Source: Eubacteriales bacterium (GTDB lineage Bacteria; Bacillota; Clostridia; Oscillospirales; JAAYXM01). Taken from it: a DNA stretch of 64,000 nucleotides. The number at the start of each line of letters is the position of its first letter. The stretch's first letter is position 1. The stretch is taken from the NCBI GenBank assembly GCA_045649105.1, contig JAZRPG010000041.1, forward strand, positions 10,566 through 74,565. The letters are read 5' to 3'. The position numbers and the translations under genes are program-made. Under the pieces are notes generated by a model. It made no database searches. It was not told where the DNA came from and saw only the letters and a list, made by a program, of their open reading frames with translations. This document shows positions 39,622-47,780 of this stretch, piece after piece.

Positions 39622-40650
39622 ATGAATTTGATATTTGAAAGAAAACTTCCCATACCGAAAGAGATTAAAGAGATGTGTCCGTTATCACCGGACTTAAGTA
39701 GAATAATCAAAGAAAGAGAAAAGGAAATTGCGGATATCTTCACAGGAAAGAGCAATAAGCTCATCCTTATAATCGGCCCCTGCTCCGCCGATAACGAAGA
39801 CAGCGTCATAGATTATATTACAAGGCTTAGGCGCGTGCAGGAAAAGGTTTCTGATAAAATCTTTATCATTCCGCGAATTTACACGAACAAGCCGCGGACA
39901 ACAGGCGACGGCTACAAGGGCATGCTTCATCAGCCCAATCCTACCGAAAAGCCTGATATGCTAAAGGGCATTATGATGATTCGTGATTTGCATATAAGAG
40001 CAATCAAGGAAACAGGCTTTTCATGTGCAGACGAGATGCTCTACCCTGAAAATTACAGGTATCTGGATGACATTTTAGCCTATGTTGCAATCGGTGCAAG
40101 AAGCGTCGAAAATCAGCAGCACAGATTAACGGCAAGCGGAATCTCCATCCCTGTCGGAATGAAGAATCCCACAAGCGGAGATTTATCCGTTATGATGAAC
40201 GCAATAAAGGCAGCTCAGCACAAGCATACATTCATATACCGCGGCTGGGAAGTACATTCTCAGGGAAACCCATTGTCACACGCGATTCTTCGCGGATATG
40301 TAAACAAGCACGGTCAGTCGCTTCCGAACTACCATTACGAAGACCTTGAACTTCTGTGCAAGTTATACAGCGAATCAGGCCTTGAAAACCCGGGCGTAAT
40401 CATCGATACAAACCACTCAAATTCAGGAAAGCAAGCACTTCAGCAAATGCGCATCGCAAAGGATGTTATGCACAGCACAAGACACGACAGCGCCATCAAG
40501 AAGCTTGTAAAAGGCTTTATGATTGAAAGCTATATCGAAGACGGCGCTCAAAAAATCGGCGAGTGTATCTACGGTAAATCCATAACGGACCCGTGCCTTG
40601 GCTGGGAAAAGAGCGAAAAGCTTATTTTCGATTTAGCGGAATTAGTCTAA
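39622..40650 (+). CDS. aroF: 3-deoxy-7-phosphoheptulonate (DAHP) synthase, class I
   Basis: 342 aa. IIGPCSA and KPRT motifs. First gene of the aro operon. Confidence 0.92.
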   Translation: MNLIFERKLPIPKEIKEMCPLSPDLSRIIKEREKEIADIFTGKSNKLILIIGPCSADNEDSVIDYITRLRRVQEKVSDKIFIIPRIYTNKPRTTGDGYKGMLHQPNPTEKPDMLKGIMMIRDLHIRAIKETGFSCADEMLYPENYRYLDDILAYVAIGARSVENQQHRLTASGISIPVGMKNPTSGDLSVMMNAIKAAQHKHTFIYRGWEVHSQGNPLSHAILRGYVNKHGQSLPNYHYEDLELLCKLYSESGLENPGVIIDTNHSNSGKQALQQMRIAKDVMHSTRHDSAIKKLVKGFMIESYIEDGAQKIGECIYGKSITDPCLGWEKSEKLIFDLAELV

Positions 40651-40667
40651 GGAAAGGAAAAAGACAA

Positions 40668-41504
40668 ATGAAAATAGGAATTATAGGACTCGGACTTATC
40701 GGCGGCTCCATGGCAAAAGCAATAAGACTTAATACTGACCATTATGTTTTAGGAATGGATATTGACCGAAAGATAGTAACAAAAGCAAAAATCATAGAGG
40801 CAATAAATGAGGAGCTTACGGAGGAAAACATCGGCGAATGCGATATGCTTATCCTGGCACTATACCCCGATGCAACTGTCAATACGGTCAAAAAATACGC
40901 CCATCTGATTAAAAAGGGCGCATACCTTATTGATTGCGGCGGTGTTAAAGAAAAGGTATGTGACAATATCCCTGAAATCGCAAGAGAAAACGGATTTATA
41001 TTTGTCGGCGGGCATCCCATGGCAGGTATTGAGAAAATTGGCTTTAAGTACTCAAATGCCGAGATTTTTACAGAAGCATCCATGATTTTAACACCCGATG
41101 ATAATGTAAAGGTTGAGGACCTTGTCAATATAAAAATATTCTTCCTCTCAATAGGTTTCGGCAAAATAACGGTGAAAACGGCAAAGGACCATGACAGAAT
41201 AATCGCTTATACCTCTCAGCTTGCCCATGTACTCTCAAACGCTTATGTAAAAAGCGAAACAGCAAAGGAGCATAGGGGCTTATCGGCAGGAAGCTTTAAG
41301 GACCTGACAAGAGTTGCGTATCTTAACGAAACAATGTGGACCGAGCTGTTTTTTGAAAACAAAAACAATCTTATTTCTGAGCTTGACACGCTTATAAATA
41401 ACCTTGGCGAATACAAGTCCGCACTTGAAAAAAATGACGAAGACAAACTGAAGGAACTTCTCAGAATCGGAAGAGAAACAAAAGAGGCGCTTGACAATGA
41501 ATAG
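40668..41504 (+). CDS. tyrA: Prephenate dehydrogenase
   Basis: Trimmed to MKIGIIGLGLIGGSMAKAI (Rossmann fold). GGHPMAG motif. Confidence 0.9.
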   Translation: MKIGIIGLGLIGGSMAKAIRLNTDHYVLGMDIDRKIVTKAKIIEAINEELTEENIGECDMLILALYPDATVNTVKKYAHLIKKGAYLIDCGGVKEKVCDNIPEIARENGFIFVGGHPMAGIEKIGFKYSNAEIFTEASMILTPDDNVKVEDLVNIKIFFLSIGFGKITVKTAKDHDRIIAYTSQLAHVLSNAYVKSETAKEHRGLSAGSFKDLTRVAYLNETMWTELFFENKNNLISELDTLINNLGEYKSALEKNDEDKLKELLRIGRETKEALDNE

Positions 41505-42549
41505 AAAAGTTACGGTCAGCGGTGTCACAAAGCCTTACGACATCATTATAGGAAATAATATTCTAAACATACTCCCCGATAAAATAAAAGAGCTTACAGG
41601 GGCAAAAAACGTCGTTATCATAACTGATGATAATGTTGACAGGCTGTACTCCGAGAAGCTTTTAAGCATAGTAAATGATGCAGGGTTTAATACTCTTAAA
41701 TTTGTATTCCCTCACGGAGAGAATCACAAGACAATGGAAACAGTCCATGACATATTGGAGTTTATGGCAGAAAACAACATAACCCGCTCCGACCTGATTA
41801 TTGCCCTCGGCGGAGGTATTGTCGGAGATGTGACGGGATATGCGGCGGCATCATATCTCCGCGGAACAGCTTTCATTCAGGTCCCCACCACCTTCCTGGC
41901 TGCCATAGACTCATCTGTCGGAGGCAAAACGGGAGTGAACTTAAAATCAGGAAAAAATCTTGCAGGCGCGTTTTATCAGCCACGACTCGTCGTTTGTGAC
42001 ACTGACACCTTTAAAACACTGCCGAAAGAAAACTTTAAGGAAGGCGTTTGTGAAGCAATAAAGTACGGTGTAATTTGTGATAAGGAACTGTTTGATTTGC
42101 TTTCAAAAAACGAACGCACAGATATAGAGAGCGTTATAGAAAGATGCGTCTCCATCAAGGCCGAAATTGTAGCAGCGGATGAATTTGACACAGGCAAAAG
42201 ACAGCTTCTGAATTTCGGGCACACAATCGGCCACGCAATCGAAAAGGCAACAGACTTTAAAATTTCTCACGGAATTGCAGTCGGAATCGGAATGGCGCTT
42301 ATTTCCAAAATCAGCGATTGCCTGGGGTGGTCGAAGGAAGACACGCACTCCCCGATTATGAAATGTCTTAAAAACAACGACATTCCGACAGACACCGATG
42401 TTAAAACCGATGCGCTTCTGTCTGCCATGCTAAAGGATAAAAAGAGAAACGGAGACGCAATAAACCTTGTTGTCCCCGAAAAAATCGGGGCTTGTGTGCT
42501 TAAAAGCATACATATTGCCGAGCTTGAGGAAGTGTTAAAATGCAGGTGA
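41497..42549 (+). CDS. aroB: 3-dehydroquinate synthase
   Basis: Start taken at ATG 41497 (AAAGAGG RBS 9 nt upstream), which overlaps the tyrA stop. GGGVVGD-type and HGIAV motifs. Confidence 0.92.
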   Translation: MNRKVTVSGVTKPYDIIIGNNILNILPDKIKELTGAKNVVIITDDNVDRLYSEKLLSIVNDAGFNTLKFVFPHGENHKTMETVHDILEFMAENNITRSDLIIALGGGIVGDVTGYAAASYLRGTAFIQVPTTFLAAIDSSVGGKTGVNLKSGKNLAGAFYQPRLVVCDTDTFKTLPKENFKEGVCEAIKYGVICDKELFDLLSKNERTDIESVIERCVSIKAEIVAADEFDTGKRQLLNFGHTIGHAIEKATDFKISHGIAVGIGMALISKISDCLGWSKEDTHSPIMKCLKNNDIPTDTDVKTDALLSAMLKDKKRNGDAINLVVPEKIGACVLKSIHIAELEEVLKCR

Positions 42550-43796
42550 AAATAAAACCCGTAAATCCATTCGGCGAAGTTTCCGCCATCAGCTCAAAAT
42601 CAGATGCGCACAGAGCAATCATCTGCTCTGCACTCTCTGATGACAAAACCTCAATACACATATCGCATATATCAAAAGACATTGAGGCGACTTTAAACTG
42701 CATAAGAAAAATGGGTGCGGATTTTTCAAAAAACGGCAATTTATATGAAATAACACCTGTTCAAACCCCCGTTTTAAACCCCGTTCTGGATTGTAACGAG
42801 AGCGGCTCGACACTGAGATTCTTATTCCCTGTTTTGTCGGCACTCGGTTGCGGCGCTACATTTATCGGCTCAGGCAGACTTCCCGAGCGGCCGATGGAGC
42901 TTATCGTTGATTTATTAAAGGAGCACGGAAACAGCTTTTCGTCAACCGGGCTTCCCATAACCGTATCGGGAAAAACTACCGCAGGGACATTTGACATCGC
43001 AGGAAATGTAAGCTCACAGTTTATATCCGGGCTTTTATTTGCACTTCCCCTGCTTCGAAAAAAAAGCGTTATAAGACTCACATCAAAGCTTCAGTCATCA
43101 GCTTATGTCAACATGACGGTTGACACTTTAAAAAACTTCGGAGTAAATATCACGCAAACCGAGAACGGGTTTATTGTAAATGCAACCGATAATTACACAT
43201 CGCCAAAAAAATATATTGTTGAAGGCGATTGGTCGAATGCGGCATTTTTTATGGTTATGGGCGCCCTCGGCGGTAATGTCACAATAAAAAACCTTAATTT
43301 AAACTCTCATCAGAGCGACAAAATGATTCTGGACGCGTTATCTCTTGCAGGAGTGGATTTCAGTCTTTCCGATAACCTGATTACAGTTTCAAAAAGCGAA
43401 ATAAAGCCTTTTGATTTTGATGTGTCAGAGTGTCCCGACCTGTTCCCCGTTTTGTCTGTTTTAGCCTGCAGAGCAAAAGGCAAATCAACTCTTTATAACG
43501 CAGAGCGGTTAAGGATAAAGGAAAGCGACAGAATCAAAACAACCAAAGAGCTTATATTAAATCTCGGCGGAAATGCGGAGGAAACCGACGACAGCTTAAT
43601 CATATACGGAAACGGGAAATTAAGCGGCGGGCAGGCAGAAAGCCATAACGACCACAGAATTGCAATGTCGGCATTTACCGCAAGTGTGATTTGCGAAAAC
43701 GATATTATTCTCAAAAATGCGGAAGCGGTAGACAAATCCTATCCGACATTTATGGAGGATTTCAGTAAAATCGGAGGTGCTTTTGATGTCATCTGA
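42540..43796 (+). CDS. aroA: 3-phosphoshikimate 1-carboxyvinyltransferase (EPSP synthase)
   Basis: 418 aa. SKSDAHRAII, LRIKESDR and NDHRIAM motifs. Confidence 0.95.
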   Translation: MQVKIKPVNPFGEVSAISSKSDAHRAIICSALSDDKTSIHISHISKDIEATLNCIRKMGADFSKNGNLYEITPVQTPVLNPVLDCNESGSTLRFLFPVLSALGCGATFIGSGRLPERPMELIVDLLKEHGNSFSSTGLPITVSGKTTAGTFDIAGNVSSQFISGLLFALPLLRKKSVIRLTSKLQSSAYVNMTVDTLKNFGVNITQTENGFIVNATDNYTSPKKYIVEGDWSNAAFFMVMGALGGNVTIKNLNLNSHQSDKMILDALSLAGVDFSLSDNLITVSKSEIKPFDFDVSECPDLFPVLSVLACRAKGKSTLYNAERLRIKESDRIKTTKELILNLGGNAEETDDSLIIYGNGKLSGGQAESHNDHRIAMSAFTASVICENDIILKNAEAVDKSYPTFMEDFSKIGGAFDVI

Positions 43797-44853
43797 AACA
43801 GGAAAAAAAATAAAAGTCAGTATTTTCGGCGAATCCCACGGCAGTGCTGTCGGCGCTGTAGCAGATAACCTGCCTGCAGGAGAATATATTGATTTAAACG
43901 AGCTGCAGCGCTTCCTAAAGCGCCGTCAGGGCGGAAACAACAAATACTCCACGCCGAGAAAAGAAGCCGATATCCCCGAAATTGTATCCGGAATCAAGGA
44001 TAATATAACAACAGGCGCTCCCCTGTGCCTTATTATCAGAAACGAAAATACCCGCTCAAAGGATTATGAAACGGACATTCCGAGACCCGGACATGCAGAT
44101 TTTACCGCTCATACAAAATACAACGGCTTCTGCGATTTAAGAGGCGGCGGGCATTTTTCAGGCAGACTGACCGCACCGATTTGTGCAGTCGGCGGAATAT
44201 TGATGCAAATATTAAAAAGGCGCGGCATTGATATAGTTGCGCATTTGTCATCAGTCGGCAATATTTTTGACGATAGAATAAACAATCTTGCGCTTGATGA
44301 AAATCAGCTGAGCAAGATAAAGAGTTCCTGCTTCCCCGTCCTTTCAGATGCTGCAGGTGAAAAAATGCAGGATTTGATTATGAGCGTTAAGGACGAAGGA
44401 AATTCCGTCGGCGGATGCGTTGAATGCGGAATATACGGCCTTGATGCAGGCATCGGAAACCCGATGTTTGACGGGCTGGAAAATGCAATAGCTTCTGCTG
44501 TTTTCGGCATTGGCGGCGTAAAGGGCATCGAATTCGGACTCGGGTTTGAGGCTGCTAAAATTAAAGGCTCGGAAAACAATGATGAGTTTTATATGGACGG
44601 AGGTTCGGTAAAGACAAAAACCAACAACCACGGCGGAATCCTTGGAGGCATAACAACGGGAATGCCCGTCGTATTTAACGTTGCATTCAAGCCCACTCCT
44701 TCAATTTCGCTCAACCAGCAAAGTGTGAGCTTTTCAAAAAAAGAAAATGTTAATTTATCAGTAAAAGGCAGACATGACCCCTGCATTGCAGTTCGCGCAG
44801 TGCCTTGCATCGAGGCCATATCTGCAATAGCTGTATCGGACTTTTTACTGTAG
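43786..44853 (+). CDS. aroC: Chorismate synthase
   Basis: Start at ATG 43786 (GGAGGTG RBS). FGESHG and RPGHAD motifs. Confidence 0.95.
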   Translation: MSSETGKKIKVSIFGESHGSAVGAVADNLPAGEYIDLNELQRFLKRRQGGNNKYSTPRKEADIPEIVSGIKDNITTGAPLCLIIRNENTRSKDYETDIPRPGHADFTAHTKYNGFCDLRGGGHFSGRLTAPICAVGGILMQILKRRGIDIVAHLSSVGNIFDDRINNLALDENQLSKIKSSCFPVLSDAAGEKMQDLIMSVKDEGNSVGGCVECGIYGLDAGIGNPMFDGLENAIASAVFGIGGVKGIEFGLGFEAAKIKGSENNDEFYMDGGSVKTKTNNHGGILGGITTGMPVVFNVAFKPTPSISLNQQSVSFSKKENVNLSVKGRHDPCIAVRAVPCIEAISAIAVSDFLL

Positions 44854-44864
44854 AGGTGGTAAAA

Positions 44865-46007
44865 ATGGGTTTAGATGAATTACGAAATGAAATAGACGCA
44901 ATAGATGATGAAATTCTAAATCTTTTCTTAAAAAGAATGGAGAAGGCATCACAAGTCGCAGATTACAAAAAAGAAAACAAGCTTTCCACCTTGCAAAAAG
45001 GCAGAGAAAGAGAAATCCTCAAACGAGTGAGCGAAAAGTCAGGAAGCGAAATGGCGGAATACTCCCGGATGCTTTTTTCGCACCTGATGGACTTAAGCAA
45101 AAATTATCAGAACAAAAGAAACGCCGACTCCTACGGAGAGCTTTCCGAAAAAATAAAAAATGCACTCAGCAATACTCCGAAAATTTTTCCGCACTCAGGT
45201 ACCGTTGCGTGTCAGGGCATTGAGGGTGCATATTCACAGATTGCGTGCGACAGGCTTTTTAAAGACTCCGACATTCAGTACGTCAAAACATTTGAGGATG
45301 TTTTTAAAAAAGTGGAGGACGGAACCTGCAGTTATGGAATTTTGCCTATTGAAAATTCAATCCACGGGACTGTAATTGCCGTTTATGACCTTATGAAAAA
45401 CTATAATTTTCATATCATTAAAAGCATCAAACTAAAGATTAACCATGCTCTCATGGCAAACAAAGGTACAAAGCTTTCGGATATTCGGGAAATTGTTTCC
45501 CACGAGCAGGCAATCGGACAATGCTCGGAATTCTTAAAGGAGTATCCCGACATAAAGATAACCGTTTGTGAAAATACCGCAGTTGCCGCAAAGCTTGTTG
45601 CAGACTCGAAAAGACACGATATCGCTGCCATTTCTTCTCCCGATTGTGCAGAGAATTACGGACTTTTTGTTCTTGATGATAAAATCGCAAACTCCGACAG
45701 TAACTTCACAAGGTTTATCTGTATCACAAAGGAGCTCTTGATTTATCCCGGTGCCGACAGGATAAGCATTATAATGAACCTGCCGCACACTCCGGGCTCA
45801 CTGAACAGCATTCTTTCAAAATTCGCAACGGCAGGACTTAACCTGACAAAGCTTGAATCAAGACCGCTTGCAGGAAGGGATTTTGAGTTTTCCTTCTATT
45901 TTGATTTGGAAGCATCAATATATGCAGAGGAAACACTCAGCATCTTAGATGAGCTTGCATCAGGAAACAATAACCTGATTTTCCTCGGAAGCTATCTGCA
46001 GTCTTAA
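44865..46007 (+). CDS. pheA: Bifunctional chorismate mutase / prephenate dehydratase (P-protein) with ACT domain
   Basis: Trimmed to MGLDELRNEIDAIDDEILNLFLKRM (CM_2 domain; GAGGTGG RBS). PDT region GILPIENSIHG and a C-terminal ACT domain. Confidence 0.92.
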   Translation: MGLDELRNEIDAIDDEILNLFLKRMEKASQVADYKKENKLSTLQKGREREILKRVSEKSGSEMAEYSRMLFSHLMDLSKNYQNKRNADSYGELSEKIKNALSNTPKIFPHSGTVACQGIEGAYSQIACDRLFKDSDIQYVKTFEDVFKKVEDGTCSYGILPIENSIHGTVIAVYDLMKNYNFHIIKSIKLKINHALMANKGTKLSDIREIVSHEQAIGQCSEFLKEYPDIKITVCENTAVAAKLVADSKRHDIAAISSPDCAENYGLFVLDDKIANSDSNFTRFICITKELLIYPGADRISIIMNLPHTPGSLNSILSKFATAGLNLTKLESRPLAGRDFEFSFYFDLEASIYAEETLSILDELASGNNNLIFLGSYLQS

Positions 46008-46123
46008 GACAAAAAACAAAACGCACATAAGCGCAATAATCCCCTATCACTCTCCCCTGCGATAAGGGAAAATTTCAGTCTGATATTTAGCTGTTGCAGG
46101 GCGGCGGAACGGAATTTATAAGT

Positions 46124-47362
46124 ATGAAATACGGATGCATAGGTGAGCATTTAACACACAGCTTTTCAAAGGAAATACATAACAGTCTTGCGGATTACGA
46201 TTATGTACTAAAGGAAATTCCGAGGGAAAATCTCAGTGAATTTCTGACTGGCCGCGATTTTAAGGCTGTTAATGTAACAATTCCTTACAAAGAAGCTGTC
46301 ATTCCATATCTTTATTATACAGACGATGCCGCAAAGGAGATTGGCGCAGTAAATACCGTTGTAAACAAAGACGGTAAGCTTTACGGATATAATACTGACT
46401 TTTACGGAATGAGAATGCTGTTATCCCACGCAGGAATCACCCTTAAGGACAAAAAAGTTGCAATCTTAGGCACAGGCGGCACTTCAAAAACTGCCGCAGC
46501 TGTTGCAAAATCACTTTCAGCAAAAGAAATTCTCATCGTTTCAAGAGCCAAAAAGGACGGCACGATAACATACGAGGAATTATATGAAAATAACAAGGAT
46601 TCGGATATTATTATAAACACAACGCCGCTCGGCATGTTTCCGGACATTTTTACAAAGCCGGTTGATATACAAAAATTCACAAACCTCTCAGGCGTGATTG
46701 ATGCAGTGTACAATCCTCTTAAAACCGGACTCATCTGTGATGCAAAAAAACTCGGAATAAAAGCAGAGGGTGGCCTTTATATGCTTGTGGCTCAGGCAGT
46801 TCTGGCATCAGAGATATTTACAGAAAAAAAATACGAAAAAGGAACGCTTGATGCAATCTTTAAGAAACTGAAAAAGGAAAAAGAAAACATTGTCCTAATC
46901 GGGATGCCTTCATCAGGCAAAAGCACGACAGGAAAAGAAATTGCAAAAAGGCTCGCCCGCAAATTCTACGATACTGACGAGCTCATAGAAAACGAAACAG
47001 GCAGAAAAATATCTGAAATTATCGCTGCAGCGGGCGAAGAATCATTCAGAAGCGCAGAAAAAGACACCGTATGCGAGGTATCAAAGAAAACAGGGGTTGT
47101 TATCGCTACAGGCGGCGGTGTTGTACTGAAAGAAGAAAATGTAAGAGCACTGTCACAAAACGGCAGAATATATTTTTTGGACAGACCTGTTGAATTACTT
47201 CTGCCGACAAAGGACAGGCCCCTCACAAGCACAAAGGAAGCTCTGCTTCAAAAATTCAGCGAAAGATACAGTATTTATGAACAGTCGGCAGATGTCAAAA
47301 TTGATGCATCAGGCGATGTGGATACGGTTTCAAATGCGGTAACAAAAGATTTCAAAGAATAA
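46124..47362 (+). CDS. aroE/aroK: Shikimate dehydrogenase / shikimate kinase fusion
   Basis: Trimmed to MKYGCIGEHLTHSFS. N-terminal AroE (NVTIPYK, NTD), C-terminal AroK with Walker A GMPSSGKST. Confidence 0.9.
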   Translation: MKYGCIGEHLTHSFSKEIHNSLADYDYVLKEIPRENLSEFLTGRDFKAVNVTIPYKEAVIPYLYYTDDAAKEIGAVNTVVNKDGKLYGYNTDFYGMRMLLSHAGITLKDKKVAILGTGGTSKTAAAVAKSLSAKEILIVSRAKKDGTITYEELYENNKDSDIIINTTPLGMFPDIFTKPVDIQKFTNLSGVIDAVYNPLKTGLICDAKKLGIKAEGGLYMLVAQAVLASEIFTEKKYEKGTLDAIFKKLKKEKENIVLIGMPSSGKSTTGKEIAKRLARKFYDTDELIENETGRKISEIIAAAGEESFRSAEKDTVCEVSKKTGVVIATGGGVVLKEENVRALSQNGRIYFLDRPVELLLPTKDRPLTSTKEALLQKFSERYSIYEQSADVKIDASGDVDTVSNAVTKDFKE

Positions 47363-47396
47363 CTCCGCACTTTTTAAAATTTTTTTCTAAAAGTAC

Positions 47397-47426
47397 TTGA
47401 CAAAACAAAAGACAAAGGAATATAAT
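47397..47426 (+). promoter_or_regulatory. Sigma-A promoter of the T-box unit
   Basis: TTGACA, 18 nt, TATAAT, about 30 nt upstream of Stem I. Confidence 0.6.
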
Positions 47427-47454
47427 ATAATACAAATTTGAATATCACAAAAAA

Positions 47455-47720
47455 CGACTATGATGAGGACGGTCGGATTGCAAAACCTTGAGAGAGTTGC
47501 CGGTTGGTGCGAGGCAATGGCAGAGCTTTCCAATGACTTATCACCTCTGAGTCGGAGGACCGAAAAGCTATGGCTTAGTAGACTCCTTCCGTAATGCTGC
47601 GTAAAAGCAAAGGGCTTGTCAGAGCTCGGTAAGTGACGGAAATTTATGAATTTTCGTAATTTGAGTGGTACCGCGGGTTATTATAACTCGTCTCAAAGTT
47701 ATCTTTGAGGCGAGTTTTTT
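47455..47720 (+). promoter_or_regulatory. T-box riboswitch leader (specifier most likely AUC, Ile; Leu registers possible)
   Basis: Stem I carries a K-turn (CGAC-UAU-GAU-GAGG / CCUC-UGA-GUCG), AG bulge AGAGAG and distal loop GGUUGGUGCGA. Also present: an AGTA box, an F-box-like CCGTAA, Stem III, the T-box sequence AATTTGAGTGGTACCGCGG (47658-76), and a 13-bp terminator plus T6. Confidence 0.9.
47686..47720 (+). terminator. T-box terminator
   Basis: ACTCGTCTCAAAG-ttat-CTTTGAGGCGAGT followed by TTTTTT. Confidence 0.9.
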
Positions 47721-47780
47721 GTTTTATTCAAATTCGTAACCAAATGCTGAATTTGTCAAAACCGGAAAGGAGACAAAACA

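Noticed and set aside
39274-39809. Minus-strand ORFs 39274..39468 and 39501..39809 in and around the aro leader
   Set aside because: They overlap the promoter, the leader and the aroF 5' end on the opposite strand. Their translations are low-complexity and there is no RBS. They were judged spurious.
46040-46075. Hairpin CCCCTATC...GATAAGGG between pheA and aroE/K as an internal terminator
   Set aside because: The stem is only 7 of 8 bp with a 12-nt loop and has no U-tract. It is too weak to call.
47535-47543. Leu (CUU or UUA), Tyr (UAU) or Met (AUG, 47533-35) as the T-box specifier
   Set aside because: These triplets do exist in or next to the loop. Only AUC is followed by the last unpaired purine directly abutting the basal helix, which is the conserved geometry. 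Leu remains a fallback. Aromatic specifiers are not supported, even though the aro operon is adjacent.
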